DNA from: an uncultured delta proteobacterium
GTDB taxonomy: Bacteria > Desulfobacterota > Binatia > Binatales > Binataceae
Reading direction: 5' to 3'
DNA length: 64,000 bases
Assembly: GCA_963724765.1 (NCBI GenBank)
Contig: CAVRVY010000004.1
Coordinates: 768,001 to 832,000, forward strand
Shown: in pieces, positions 37,047-46,814 of the stretch
Numbering within the stretch: the stretch's first letter is position 1
Layout of the letters: each line of letters starts with the position of its first letter
The notes under the pieces: model-generated
Databases searched by the model: none
What the model was told of the DNA's origin: nothing
The model's input: the letters and a program-made list of their open reading frames with translations, nothing else
Made by a program: the position numbers and the translations under genes

Positions 37047-38492
37047 TTACGATTCGCCGCGCACCTCGATCTCCAGGCCGCGCACCGCGATCACGCGCGC
37101 CTTCGCGCCAACGCCCAGCGCCTGGTTGCTCGCGGCGCGCCAATGTTCGCCGTGCACGAACACGCGTCCCGGCGCACCCGGCGCGATCGCCTCGCGCACC
37201 TCGCCGACTTCGCCGACCATGCCTTCGCGGCCGGTGGTGGGACGCCGATGCCGCTCGCGTAAAACGACCCAGCCAAGGCCCAGGATAATCGCACTCATCG
37301 CGATCGCTGCACCAGCGATCATACCGCGGTTAACCTCGAGGTTGGTTTGCGAGCTGTCGACGAGAAAGAGCGAGCCGATCACAAACGCGATCACTCCGCC
37401 AATGCCGAGCACGCCATAGCTGCTAACGAAGACTTCGGAGATCAGCATCCCGATCCCGAGCATCAGAAGCAGGAAGCCGGTCAGATTGATCGGCAAAATC
37501 TCGAACGATCCCAGCGCCAGCAGCAGGCAAATCGCGCCGGCCACGCCCGGCAGGATGAAGCCTGGATGTCCGAACTCGAAATAGATCCCGACGATCCCCG
37601 CCAGCATCAGCAGGTACACGATGTTCGGGTCGGCCAGCACGTTGAGCAGCGCTTGGCCCAGCGTCATCCGCACGCGGCGAATCGTGGCGCCGGCAAGCTC
37701 CAGCCTGATCGTGCGCCCGCCCACCTTGACCTCGCGCCCCGACGCCTGCACGAGCAGGCTTCGCAGGTCGGGCGCGACGATGTCGATCACGTGGCGCTTG
37801 AGCGCCTCGGCTTCGCTGATGGCGGCGCTTTCGCGCACCGCCTGCTCGACCCATTGCTGATTGCGGCCGCGCTCGCGTGCGATGCTGCCCGCGAACGAGG
37901 CGGTGTAGTTCTCAATCTTCTTGCCGACCACGCCTTTGATCTCGCTGCCACCCTCGCCCACCGGATGAGCCGCGCCGATCGTGGTCCCGGGCGCCATCGC
38001 AGCCACCGCCGCCGCCTCGGTGATGAAGGTCCCCGCTGAAGCGGCCGCGGCGCCCGAGGGCGATACGTATACGATCGTCGGAAGCGGGGCGTTGAGCAGG
38101 TCCTTGACGATGCGCTGCGCGGAGCCAAGCAGGCCGCCGGGCGTGTCGAGTTCGATCACCAGGGCGCCGGCGTGATGCGAGTTGGCGTAGCCGATTCCGT
38201 CTTCGATAAACGCGGCGACTGCCGGATTGATCGAGCCATCGATCTTCAGCAGGCAGACCCATGGCACTGCGGCGGCGCTCGCCGTGGCGGAAGCCGCCGC
38301 GGGCGTGGCGGCCGCGCCAACGAGCGACCCGGCGCTCGCCTGGTTCGCGGCGCCGACGTGCTCGGCGGCGGCGCTGGCGAGGCCGCCGAGCGCGATCGTG
38401 CACAGGATCGCGAACACAGACAAGATCGCGAACGCGGACAGGATCGCGAACCCGCGCGCCGCGAGCGCGCCGATGGCGCCGCGCTGCCTCAC
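37047..38492 (-). CDS. nfeD: NfeD membrane-bound ClpP-like serine protease
   Basis: LDTPGG, AASAG, GAAHPV, TM region, C-terminal OB domain (VFVHGEHW). Confidence 0.92.
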   Translation of the reverse strand: MRQRGAIGALAARGFAILSAFAILSVFAILCTIALGGLASAAAEHVGAANQASAGSLVGAAATPAAASATASAAAVPWVCLLKIDGSINPAVAAFIEDGIGYANSHHAGALVIELDTPGGLLGSAQRIVKDLLNAPLPTIVYVSPSGAAAASAGTFITEAAAVAAMAPGTTIGAAHPVGEGGSEIKGVVGKKIENYTASFAGSIARERGRNQQWVEQAVRESAAISEAEALKRHVIDIVAPDLRSLLVQASGREVKVGGRTIRLELAGATIRRVRMTLGQALLNVLADPNIVYLLMLAGIVGIYFEFGHPGFILPGVAGAICLLLALGSFEILPINLTGFLLLMLGIGMLISEVFVSSYGVLGIGGVIAFVIGSLFLVDSSQTNLEVNRGMIAGAAIAMSAIILGLGWVVLRERHRRPTTGREGMVGEVGEVREAIAPGAPGRVFVHGEHWRAASNQALGVGAKARVIAVRGLEIEVRGES

Positions 38493-38496
38493 TTTT

Positions 38497-39339
38497 TCAT
38501 CGCGCGCCGCCGCGCGCGGGTATCTCCAGCCCGAGCAGCTTCATCACTTCCTGTATATCCTGCCATACCCACCGCTTTTCACCCGGACTGCGCAACAGGT
38601 ACGCCGGGTGAAACGTCGGCATCAGCTTGACCCCGCGCACCTCGTGCCAGTTGCCACGCAGCCGGCTGATCGGCGTCTTGACCTTGAGCAGCGCCTGCAC
38701 CGCAAAGGTGCCGAGCGCGACGATCGCGCGTGGACCCACGAGGTCGATCTGGCGCATCAGGAATGGCTCGCAGGCGGCGACTTCGTCGGGCTCGGGGTTG
38801 CGATTGTCAGGCGGGCGGCACTTGATGACGTTGCAGATGTAAACGTCGGCGCGGCGAAGCCCCATCCCGCGCTCGATGATGTCGGTCAACAACTGTCCGG
38901 CGCGGCCCACGAAGGGCTCGCCGCGCGCGTCCTCGTCGGCGCCGGGCGCTTCGCCAACGAACATCAGGTCGGAGTGCGGGTTGCCGACGCCAAACACCAG
39001 ATGGGTGCGCAATGGTGCAAGCTTGCAGCGCTGGCAATCGCCAATGAAGGCGCTCAGTTCCTCCAGCGTCGCAGTCTTCTCGAGACCCGGATAGCGCGAG
39101 AGCAATTCGACCGACGCTGGAGCCGGGCGCGGCGGCGATGCAGCGGCGGTGGCGCGAGACGACGCGCCGCCCGGCGCGAGTGCCGAGGCTGCGTCCGCGG
39201 ACGCTTTGGGAGCGGCCGCCCGCGCGAGCGTCGCCGCCGGCAATCCCTCCAATCCTTCCTCGGCGAGTTGCTCCAGGTAATCGCGAACCGAGTCGAGCAC
39301 CAGGCGGCGCTGCTCTGGCGCGGTCAGGTCGCGGCTCAT
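38497..39339 (-). CDS. udg: Uracil-DNA glycosylase family 4 (Fe-S type) with N-terminal extension
   Basis: CQRCKL, GEAPGADED, PFVGRAG, NVIKCRPP, HPAYLLR. Confidence 0.92.
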   Translation of the reverse strand: MSRDLTAPEQRRLVLDSVRDYLEQLAEEGLEGLPAATLARAAAPKASADAASALAPGGASSRATAAASPPRPAPASVELLSRYPGLEKTATLEELSAFIGDCQRCKLAPLRTHLVFGVGNPHSDLMFVGEAPGADEDARGEPFVGRAGQLLTDIIERGMGLRRADVYICNVIKCRPPDNRNPEPDEVAACEPFLMRQIDLVGPRAIVALGTFAVQALLKVKTPISRLRGNWHEVRGVKLMPTFHPAYLLRSPGEKRWVWQDIQEVMKLLGLEIPARGGAR

Positions 39340-39380
39340 AACATCAAGCCAGCGGCCCAGCCGCAAAGGCGGGCGCAGTC

Positions 39381-40286
39381 ATGATCATCGCTGGGGTAAT
39401 CGCCTTCGTAATCGGCTTCATCGCGCTCAGCGCCCCGCCGGCTTTCGCCTGGGGCCCGGTCACTCATATTGCACTCGGAGCACAGGTGCTTGCGAGCGTT
39501 AGCACCCTGGAACAGCCGCTTCAAGCCATCCTACTCTCGATGCCCGACGCTTTCCTGTACGGCTCGCTCGCGCCCGACATCGTGCAGGGCCGCCGCTTCC
39601 AGAGCCGTCTGCGGCGCCATTCGCACAACTGGTCGACCGGCTTCGGCTTGCTTAGCGCCGCGCGCGGCAGCGAGGAGCAGGCCTTCGCGCTCGGCTACCT
39701 GGCGCATCTCGGCGCCGACGTACTTGCGCACAATTTCTACCTGCCGACGCGCTGGATCGGGCGTTTCAACTCCGCGATCGCCAGCCACATCCTGAGCGAG
39801 GCGCGGTTCGATTCGATGCAGGACCCCTCGCATCGCGAGACCCTGGTGAAGCTGATGGCGATCGACTTCAGCGCGCTGGATTCCAAGCTCAGCCGCCAGA
39901 TTGATTCTCCGCTGCTGCCCTTCCGCGCGCAAAAGCGCATCTTCGAGGGCGGGCTGCGCCGTATTCGCCAGTGGAATCGCGTGATCCTCGCTATAGGCCG
40001 CGTCAGGGCGGCCGATCGCCAGGACGTCGAGGTCTTCTGCTCCGCCTCCTGTTCGGCGATCGACGGACTGCTCCGCGACGGCGACGAAGCGCCCGCCTGC
40101 CGGTTCGATCCGATGGGCCAGCGGGCGCTGCGCAACGCCCAGCGCGCACGGCGCACGCTGCAGCGCCTGGCGCGGATGGGGCCCGAGACCCAGCGCGCCG
40201 CACGCCAGCTAGCCAATTCGACCGTCGAAGAGCTGCATATGCATCTGCGCCAGGTGCCCTTCGGAGGGCCGGCCGAACCGTCCTGA
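39381..40286 (+). CDS. Zinc-dependent phospholipase C / P1-nuclease-like family protein
   Basis: Signal peptide, then WGPVTH, GSLAPD, HSHNW, HLGADVLAH, HILSE zinc-ligand pattern. Confidence 0.8.
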   Translation: MIIAGVIAFVIGFIALSAPPAFAWGPVTHIALGAQVLASVSTLEQPLQAILLSMPDAFLYGSLAPDIVQGRRFQSRLRRHSHNWSTGFGLLSAARGSEEQAFALGYLAHLGADVLAHNFYLPTRWIGRFNSAIASHILSEARFDSMQDPSHRETLVKLMAIDFSALDSKLSRQIDSPLLPFRAQKRIFEGGLRRIRQWNRVILAIGRVRAADRQDVEVFCSASCSAIDGLLRDGDEAPACRFDPMGQRALRNAQRARRTLQRLARMGPETQRAARQLANSTVEELHMHLRQVPFGGPAEPS

Positions 40287-40426
40287 CCGCGCGTTTCTAT
40301 TTTCCTGCTCCAATTGTCCCGGGGGATCAGAATACACCGCCCGGCACGGGCACGCGTGGGCTTGTGGTACGCGCGCTATCGGTGTTATCACGGCGACGCC
40401 GGGAGTATTCCCGCGAGGAACCCACA

Positions 40427-41656
40427 ATGGAAAGCCGCGACAGAAAGACCCCTCACATGTTATCCGGCGTGCGGGTGCTGGACTTCACACAGTATCTGGC
40501 CGGCCCGACAGTGACACGCTTCATGGCTGAGATGGGCGCCGAGATCGTCAAGGTCGAGCAGGCGCCGATGGGCGACCCGGCGCGGCTGCTGCCCGCGGTG
40601 CGCAATGGGCGCAGCGCCTACTTCGTCCAGCAGAACCGCGGCAAGCAAAGTCTCTGCGTGGACTTCTCAAAACCCGAATCGATCGCGCTATTGCGCGAGC
40701 TGGCAAAGAAAGCCGACCTGGTGGTCGAAAACTACGGGCCGGGAGTGATGGAAAAGCGCGGCCTCGACTACGCCTCGCTCAGCAAGCTCAACCCACGCAT
40801 CATCATGGCGTCGATCTCGGCCTTCGGGCGCAGCGGGCCGCTCTCGCACAAGGTCGGCTACGACTTCATCGCGCAGGCCTTTTCGGGCTTGATGCACATG
40901 ACGGGCGATCCGAACGGGCCGCCGATGTTCGTCGGAATGGGCATCGGCGATCAGACCAGCGGCGTGCACGCCTTCTCGGCCATCGGCTTCGCGCTGTTCC
41001 ATCGCGAGCGCACTGGAGTCGGGCAGTACATCGACATCGCGATGGTCGACACCCTCTACCACATGCACGAAGCGACCATCCAGGTCTGGGCCACCACCAA
41101 GGGCGAGTACGTGCCGAAGCGGATGGGCTCGCAGCATGAGCTGGTAAGCCCGTGCGGCGCGTTTTTGGGGCCGCAAGGCTACATCGTGATCCTGGTGCTC
41201 GACCGGCAATGGCCGTCGATGGCGCGTGCGATGGCTCATCCGGAGCTGATCGAAGACCCGCGCTTCGCCACGATGCGCGACCGCGCGAAGAACCGCTACG
41301 AGCTGGCCGCGATCGTCGAGGCCTGGATGCAGGCGCAGCCCTCCAACGAGGCGGTGCTGAAAATTCTCGAAGAGCATCGCGTGGCCGCGGCGCCGGTGAT
41401 GTCGGTCGTGGACACGATAAGCCATCCGCACTTCAAGGCGCGCAACATGATTCGTACCGTACCCGACCCGATCCTGGGAGAGGTGATGATTCCCGGCTTC
41501 CCGCTCAAGTTCTCGGCTTTCCCTAAGCCGCTGGAAATCAGGGCGCCGCTTTTAGGCGAGCACGGGGCCGAGGTCCTGCGCGAACAACTCGGCATGAGCG
41601 ATACCGAGATTGCCGAACTGCACAGCCGCGGCGTGCTGCATTCGGAGAACAAGTAG
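40427..41656 (+). CDS. Class III CoA-transferase (CaiB/BaiF)
   Basis: LDFTQYLAGP, NRGKQS, ENYGPG, GDQTSG, APLLGEH. Confidence 0.92.
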   Translation: MESRDRKTPHMLSGVRVLDFTQYLAGPTVTRFMAEMGAEIVKVEQAPMGDPARLLPAVRNGRSAYFVQQNRGKQSLCVDFSKPESIALLRELAKKADLVVENYGPGVMEKRGLDYASLSKLNPRIIMASISAFGRSGPLSHKVGYDFIAQAFSGLMHMTGDPNGPPMFVGMGIGDQTSGVHAFSAIGFALFHRERTGVGQYIDIAMVDTLYHMHEATIQVWATTKGEYVPKRMGSQHELVSPCGAFLGPQGYIVILVLDRQWPSMARAMAHPELIEDPRFATMRDRAKNRYELAAIVEAWMQAQPSNEAVLKILEEHRVAAAPVMSVVDTISHPHFKARNMIRTVPDPILGEVMIPGFPLKFSAFPKPLEIRAPLLGEHGAEVLREQLGMSDTEIAELHSRGVLHSENK

Positions 41657-41773
41657 GGCCCGTATCCGCGCGTGCCGCCTCGGCGGCGCTCGTTTGACAT
41701 TTGTCTTGGACTGGCGAAGCTAAGCAATCGTAACTCGACTTCTTGGAGGAATAATCATGCGGGAGGAAAAATC

Positions 41774-42784
41774 ATGAAGGTCGGTTATTTTCCGTGTACT
41801 CAGGATCCGCCGAACGGCGCCAACATCGGCGGCGTGCTCCGCGAGGCGATCGTCGAGGCGCAGGTTGCGGAAGAGAGCGGTTTCGATAGCTGCCTGTTCA
41901 GCGAACACCATCAGCAGGAAGACTGCTACATCCCTAACGTCATCCTGATGGCCGGAATGGTCGGGGTCTGCACCAAGAAGATCAAGGTCGGAACCTGCGT
42001 CACGCTGATTCCGTTGTGGCATCCCGTGCACGCGGCCGAAGACGCGGCGATCGTCGACCAGATAACCGGCGGCCGCATGATCCTGAGCGTGGGCGTGGGC
42101 TATCAGGACCGCGACTTCGAGGCCTTCGGTCTTTCGATCAAGGAGCGCGCCGGACGCAGCGAGGAAGGCGTCGAGGTGCTCAAGAAATGCTGGGAGCAGG
42201 AGCGCTTCTCCCATCACGGCAAGTTCTACAACCTGGACAACGTGATGATCACACCGAAGCCGTTCCAGAAACCGCGGCCGCCGATCTGGATGGCGGCGTG
42301 GAGCGACGTCGGGATCAAACGCGTGGCGCGGATCTCGGACGCCTGGATAACCTCGCCGCTCGAACACGTGAAGGTGATCAAACGCTTCGCCGATCTCTAT
42401 CGCTCCGAGTGCAAGAAGCACGGCAAGAAGCCCTACCTGGTGTTGATGCGCGATATGCTGGTGTCGGACTCGATGGACTCGGCGCGGCGTGAGAGCGAGC
42501 CGCTGATGTACACGCACAAGTTCTACTACCGCAACAACGGCTACGCGCCGGATGAAGTGATCGACAAGGTCAAGTCGGAAAACGACTGGACCTTCGACGT
42601 CGCCTCGCCGAACCGGCTAATCGTCGGATCGCCCAAGGATTGCCTGGCGCAACTGCAGATGTGGCAAAAGGAAGTGCAGCCGGATTACCTGGTCCTGCGC
42701 ATGCGGCATCCGGGCGGCCCCTCGCACGAAAAAACCAAAGAGGCGATTCGGGTGTTCGGCAAGGAGATCGGTCCGAAACTCTGA
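41774..42784 (+). CDS. LLM class flavin-dependent oxidoreductase
   Basis: GFDSCLFSEHH, HPVHAAEDAA, PKPFQKPRPPIW; SD GGAGG. Confidence 0.9.
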   Translation: MKVGYFPCTQDPPNGANIGGVLREAIVEAQVAEESGFDSCLFSEHHQQEDCYIPNVILMAGMVGVCTKKIKVGTCVTLIPLWHPVHAAEDAAIVDQITGGRMILSVGVGYQDRDFEAFGLSIKERAGRSEEGVEVLKKCWEQERFSHHGKFYNLDNVMITPKPFQKPRPPIWMAAWSDVGIKRVARISDAWITSPLEHVKVIKRFADLYRSECKKHGKKPYLVLMRDMLVSDSMDSARRESEPLMYTHKFYYRNNGYAPDEVIDKVKSENDWTFDVASPNRLIVGSPKDCLAQLQMWQKEVQPDYLVLRMRHPGGPSHEKTKEAIRVFGKEIGPKL

Positions 42785-42830
42785 TTCGGAGTCCGCAACT
42801 CCAAGTCTGCAACGGCCCATAGTGATTCAA

Positions 42831-42886
42831 CGCGGGCTGGCGGCCGCGGCGTAATCGCCGCCCCGCCGGCCCGCGCGTCTTTTTTG
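42831..42886 (+). terminator. Intrinsic terminator between the convergent LLM and coaBC genes
   Basis: CGCGGGCTGGCGG...CCGCCGGCCCGCG stem followed by a 7-T run. Confidence 0.65.
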
Positions 42887-42923
42887 GCGATGCCGACTGA
42901 CGGGAGTGGAAGCAGTGAAATAG

Positions 42924-44156
42924 CTAACGGACGGCGCGCAGCGTGCGGCGGCCGGACTTTGCCGTGCGCAACGCGAGGAGCCGATCGAGGATCACGTCGG
43001 CGACCTCGTCCTTGCTGAGTTTGGGATGCTCGACGGCGCGGCCGTCATCGCCGATGATCGTCACAATATTAGTATCGACGGCAAAACCGGCGTCGCTGCG
43101 CGACACGTCGTTGGCGACAATGAGGTCGAGGCGCTTGCGCCGCAGCTTGTCGGCCGCGTTTTCCTCGAGGCTCTGGGTCTCGGCGGCGAAGCCGATCACG
43201 ATACGCGAGCCTTTGCGCGCGCTTAGCCGCGGCATCTCGTCCGCGATTCCCTCCAACTCGAGCGTCATCCCGCGCGCGTTCTTCTTGATCTTGTGCGGCG
43301 CCTGATGCGTCGGCCGAAAATCCGCCACCGCCGCCGCCATCACCAATGCCGTGCTCCAGGGAAAGTTGCGCGCGGTCGCATTCAGCATCTCGGCCGCGCT
43401 GACCGTATCGATCCGTTCGGCGCCGTACGGCGTCCCTAGCGGCGACGGCCCGGCGATCAGCCTGACGCTCGCGCCGCGCCGCCACGCCGCGCGCGCGATC
43501 GCAAAACCCATCTTGCCCGTCGATCGGTTCGAGACGAAGCGCACCGGATCGATCATCTCCTGCGTCGGTCCGGCCGTCACCAGGATGCGCTCGGCGGCAA
43601 GGTCGTGCGGCGACAGCATCCGCTCGACCTCCTCGACGATCGCCGCGGGATCCGGCAGCCGCCCCTTGCCCTGGTAGCCGCAGGCGAGATCGCCGGAGGC
43701 AGGCTCGATAACCGTCACGCCGCGAGCCTTCAGCCGCGCGAGGTTCTCGCCCACGGTCGGATGCGCGTACATGTGAACGTTCATCGCGGGCGCGAAGGCA
43801 ACGGGGCACTGCGCGGCGAGCAGGACCGTCGTCACGATGTCGTCGGCGATACCGACCGCGGCCTTGGCGATTACGTCGGCGCTGGCGGGCGCGATCACGA
43901 TCGCGTCGGCGGTGTCGGCGAGCTGGATATGTCCGATTTCGGATTCCTCGGTGAGGCTGAAGGTGTCGGTCGCGACCGGATTGGCGCTCAGCGTCTGCAG
44001 CGTCAGCGGCGTGATGAACTCGGCCGCGTTGCGCGACATCATCACACGCACCCGCGCCTGCTGCGCGGTCAGCAATCGCACCAACTCGGCGGCTTTATAA
44101 GCGGCGATTCCGCCGCATACGCCGACCACGATCGTCTTGTCCTTCAAAACGCCCAT
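42924..44156 (-). CDS. coaBC: Phosphopantothenoylcysteine decarboxylase/synthetase
   Basis: GGIAAYK, APAMN, LACG, TAGPTQE, SNRSTGKMG, AAVADF, GFAAET. Confidence 0.97.
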   Translation of the reverse strand: MGVLKDKTIVVGVCGGIAAYKAAELVRLLTAQQARVRVMMSRNAAEFITPLTLQTLSANPVATDTFSLTEESEIGHIQLADTADAIVIAPASADVIAKAAVGIADDIVTTVLLAAQCPVAFAPAMNVHMYAHPTVGENLARLKARGVTVIEPASGDLACGYQGKGRLPDPAAIVEEVERMLSPHDLAAERILVTAGPTQEMIDPVRFVSNRSTGKMGFAIARAAWRRGASVRLIAGPSPLGTPYGAERIDTVSAAEMLNATARNFPWSTALVMAAAVADFRPTHQAPHKIKKNARGMTLELEGIADEMPRLSARKGSRIVIGFAAETQSLEENAADKLRRKRLDLIVANDVSRSDAGFAVDTNIVTIIGDDGRAVEHPKLSKDEVADVILDRLLALRTAKSGRRTLRAVR

Positions 44157-44228
44157 CGTGTAGCCAATTCTATGGGGTCGGCGGGAGGTGGAGAAAGAGC
44201 CTCGCAAACGCGGCGTCGGGCATATGTC

Positions 44229-44972
44229 TTACGGGCGCGAACCGAAGTAAACCGCGAAGCGCCACTGTTTGAAGGCGCAATCGACCTCGATGAAGCCCGC
44301 CGCGCGCATCCACTCGAGCTGATCGCGAAGCGTCGCGCATCGGTCGTGCCGCATCCGTTCCACCGCGCGCTCATACTCCAGCCGGTCGACGCCCGATCCC
44401 AGCACCTGTTCGTCCCACAGCCGGCGGTAGCGCGCTTCGGCCGCCGGCGTCGGTCCCAGCACCTGCTCGGCGTTGACGAACAGGCCCGTGGGCCGCAGCG
44501 CCTCGAAGACTCGCGCAAAGAGCGAGCGCTTGGCACCGTCGTGCAGGTGATGGATCGAAAGCGCCGAAATCACCAGGTCCCACGGCCCGCCGAGGCTGCC
44601 CTGGGTGTAATCGCGTACCTCGAAGCTGACGTTTGAGTCCGCGGCGCCGGCGAATCTCTGCCGCGCCTGCTCCAGCATCGCGTCGGATACGTCAATTAAA
44701 TGAAGCTTCGCTTGTAAATGAAGCTTCGCTTGCAAATTAAGCCGCGCCTGCGCCAGTCGGCCGAGCACCATCGCGGAGAAAAGCCCGGTTCCGGCGCCTA
44801 AATCGAGCACCTCCAGCGTCGCGGAGGCGCGAGCGCCGGCCCAGTCATCGATTACATCGAGCGCGCTCCCATAGAAACCGTCGAAGCAGGGAACGAGGTT
44901 GCGGCGCACGGCGTCGTAGCCTTGCGCGCCGAGATTGAAAAGCTCGCCTATCGCGTTGCTGGAACCGCTCAT
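44229..44972 (-). CDS. Class I SAM-dependent methyltransferase (CmoA-like)
   Basis: LDLGAGTG, ISALSIHHL; contains an 18-bp x3 in-frame repeat (LQAKLH) at 44698-44751. Confidence 0.85.
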   Translation of the reverse strand: MSGSSNAIGELFNLGAQGYDAVRRNLVPCFDGFYGSALDVIDDWAGARASATLEVLDLGAGTGLFSAMVLGRLAQARLNLQAKLHLQAKLHLIDVSDAMLEQARQRFAGAADSNVSFEVRDYTQGSLGGPWDLVISALSIHHLHDGAKRSLFARVFEALRPTGLFVNAEQVLGPTPAAEARYRRLWDEQVLGSGVDRLEYERAVERMRHDRCATLRDQLEWMRAAGFIEVDCAFKQWRFAVYFGSRP

Positions 44973-45033
44973 CGGATGCGATGAGGTGCGGCTGCCGTAT
45001 TGGTCGGCGCCCGGCGCCGAGCCATGCGCACCG

Positions 45034-46137
45034 TTAGCGTTCGATCTCGCCGCTGATGAACTTCTCGACCCGTTCGCGGGCGATATCGTCGGCGATCTGC
45101 CGCGGCGGATGCTTCATCGTGTAGGCCGCGATCGAGTAGAGCGGCCCGCCAATCTTGCGGTCGCGCGCCAGCCGCAGGCATCGAATCGCGTCGATCACCA
45201 CGCCGCCCGAGTTGGGCGAATCCTGCACCGACATCCTGAGCTCCAGCTCGATTGGAATTCCGGCGAAGCCCTCGCCCTCGATCCGCAGGAAGCAGACCTT
45301 GTTGTCACGCTGCCAGGCGACGTAATCCGACGGCCCGATATGCACGTCGGCGTCGGGCATCCGCTCGGGCATCACGCTCTGCACGGCCTCGGTCTTGGAC
45401 TTGCGCTTGGAGCCCAGGCGCGAGCGGTCGAGCATGTTGAGGAAGTCGGTATTGCCGCCGGTGTTGAGCTGGTAGGTGTGGCGCACCTTGATTCCGCGGT
45501 CGGCGAACAGCTTCATGATGGTGCGATGCAGGATGGTCGAGCCGAGTTGCGACTTGACGTCGTCGCCGACCACTGGAATTTTGCGCTCGGTGAACTCGGC
45601 CGCCCATTTCTCGTTCGACACGATGAACACCGGCATGCAGTTGAGCAGGCTGACGCCGGTCGCCAGGCAGGCGCGCGCATAACGCTCGACCGCCTTCTGG
45701 CTGCCCACCGGCAGATAACACAGCATCACCTCGGCGCCGCTCTCGCGCAGGCGGCGCTCGATGTCCACCGGCTTATCGTTGGCCGGCAGGAAGCTGCATT
45801 CGGGCGGATACTGCGACATGTGCTCGGCGACGCCGTCATGAATCTCGCCCATGTCGACCGTGACGCCGTACCTGGGCAAGTCGCGCCAGATGGTGATGGT
45901 ATTGTTGGGCAGTGCAAAGCAGGCGTCCTCGAGCGGCCGGCCAACCTTGCGCGAATCGATGTCGAACGCGCAGGCGACCTCGATATCGCCAGGCTTGTAG
46001 CCGGCGAGGTCGTAATGCATCAGGCCGATCGGATTGCTCTGCGCCTTGGCCGGGGCATGTTGGTAGAACTCGATGCCCTGGAGGAGGGAGGATGCGCAGT
46101 TGCCCACTCCGACGATTGCTACTCGAATCTTCGCCAT
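45034..46137 (-). CDS. ino1: myo-inositol-1-phosphate synthase
   Basis: GVGNCAS, YLPVGS, GDDVKSQLG, QLNTGGNTDF, DSPNSGG. Confidence 0.94.
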   Translation of the reverse strand: MAKIRVAIVGVGNCASSLLQGIEFYQHAPAKAQSNPIGLMHYDLAGYKPGDIEVACAFDIDSRKVGRPLEDACFALPNNTITIWRDLPRYGVTVDMGEIHDGVAEHMSQYPPECSFLPANDKPVDIERRLRESGAEVMLCYLPVGSQKAVERYARACLATGVSLLNCMPVFIVSNEKWAAEFTERKIPVVGDDVKSQLGSTILHRTIMKLFADRGIKVRHTYQLNTGGNTDFLNMLDRSRLGSKRKSKTEAVQSVMPERMPDADVHIGPSDYVAWQRDNKVCFLRIEGEGFAGIPIELELRMSVQDSPNSGGVVIDAIRCLRLARDRKIGGPLYSIAAYTMKHPPRQIADDIARERVEKFISGEIER

Positions 46138-46352
46138 GTCCCTCTTCTCAACTCACCGCGCCCCATCTTCCACAAATATCGCACAAATATTGCTTAGGTG
46201 CGTCCGCACGGGCCGCTCCCCGAAAGATAAGTGGAACTGATAATGTCCTGTGGTTTTATAGGAGCCCGGCAGCAAAGTAAATTGCTCAGGACGCGGTTGC
46301 CCACAGCGTCTCAGAGCGATTTCGCCCGGAGTGGCGAAACCGGCCGAGGCCC

Positions 46353-46688
46353 TCAGCCTGCTCGAAACCTCGAGGGAAACGGCTCTTCGATTTGCTGGCC
46401 CGGATGGAGCTTGCGCGCACGCTCGATAAGCGCCGGCTCCTGCTCGGGGATGTCGGGGTCGGGGACGCAACAATCGACCGGGCACACCATTGCGCACTGC
46501 TCCCGGTCAAAAAATCCGACGCACTCGCTGCACTTGCCGGGTGCGATGTAATAGACGTCCTCCCTGAGCGGCGGATGTTCCTCGCCGTCGAGTTCCCATC
46601 TCTGACCGCCCTCGTAAATCGCGTTATTGGGGCACGCGGGCTCGCAAAAGCCGCAATTGATGCACTCTTCGGTAATCAGCGTCGACAT
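46353..46688 (-). CDS. YfhL-family 2x[4Fe-4S] ferredoxin
   Basis: CINCGFCEPACP and CSECVG...CAMVCPVDCC. Confidence 0.92.
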   Translation of the reverse strand: MSTLITEECINCGFCEPACPNNAIYEGGQRWELDGEEHPPLREDVYYIAPGKCSECVGFFDREQCAMVCPVDCCVPDPDIPEQEPALIERARKLHPGQQIEEPFPSRFRAG

Positions 46689-46814
46689 GATCGAGATCCG
46701 GCGCCCGCGCTCCCAATGCCAGCGCCTAAGCGACGCTATCTATCCCGTAATGCTGAGAGAATATCGGCGCCCGTCGACATGAGCAAGGGGCAAATGGCCC
46801 TAATCGCATCGCAG

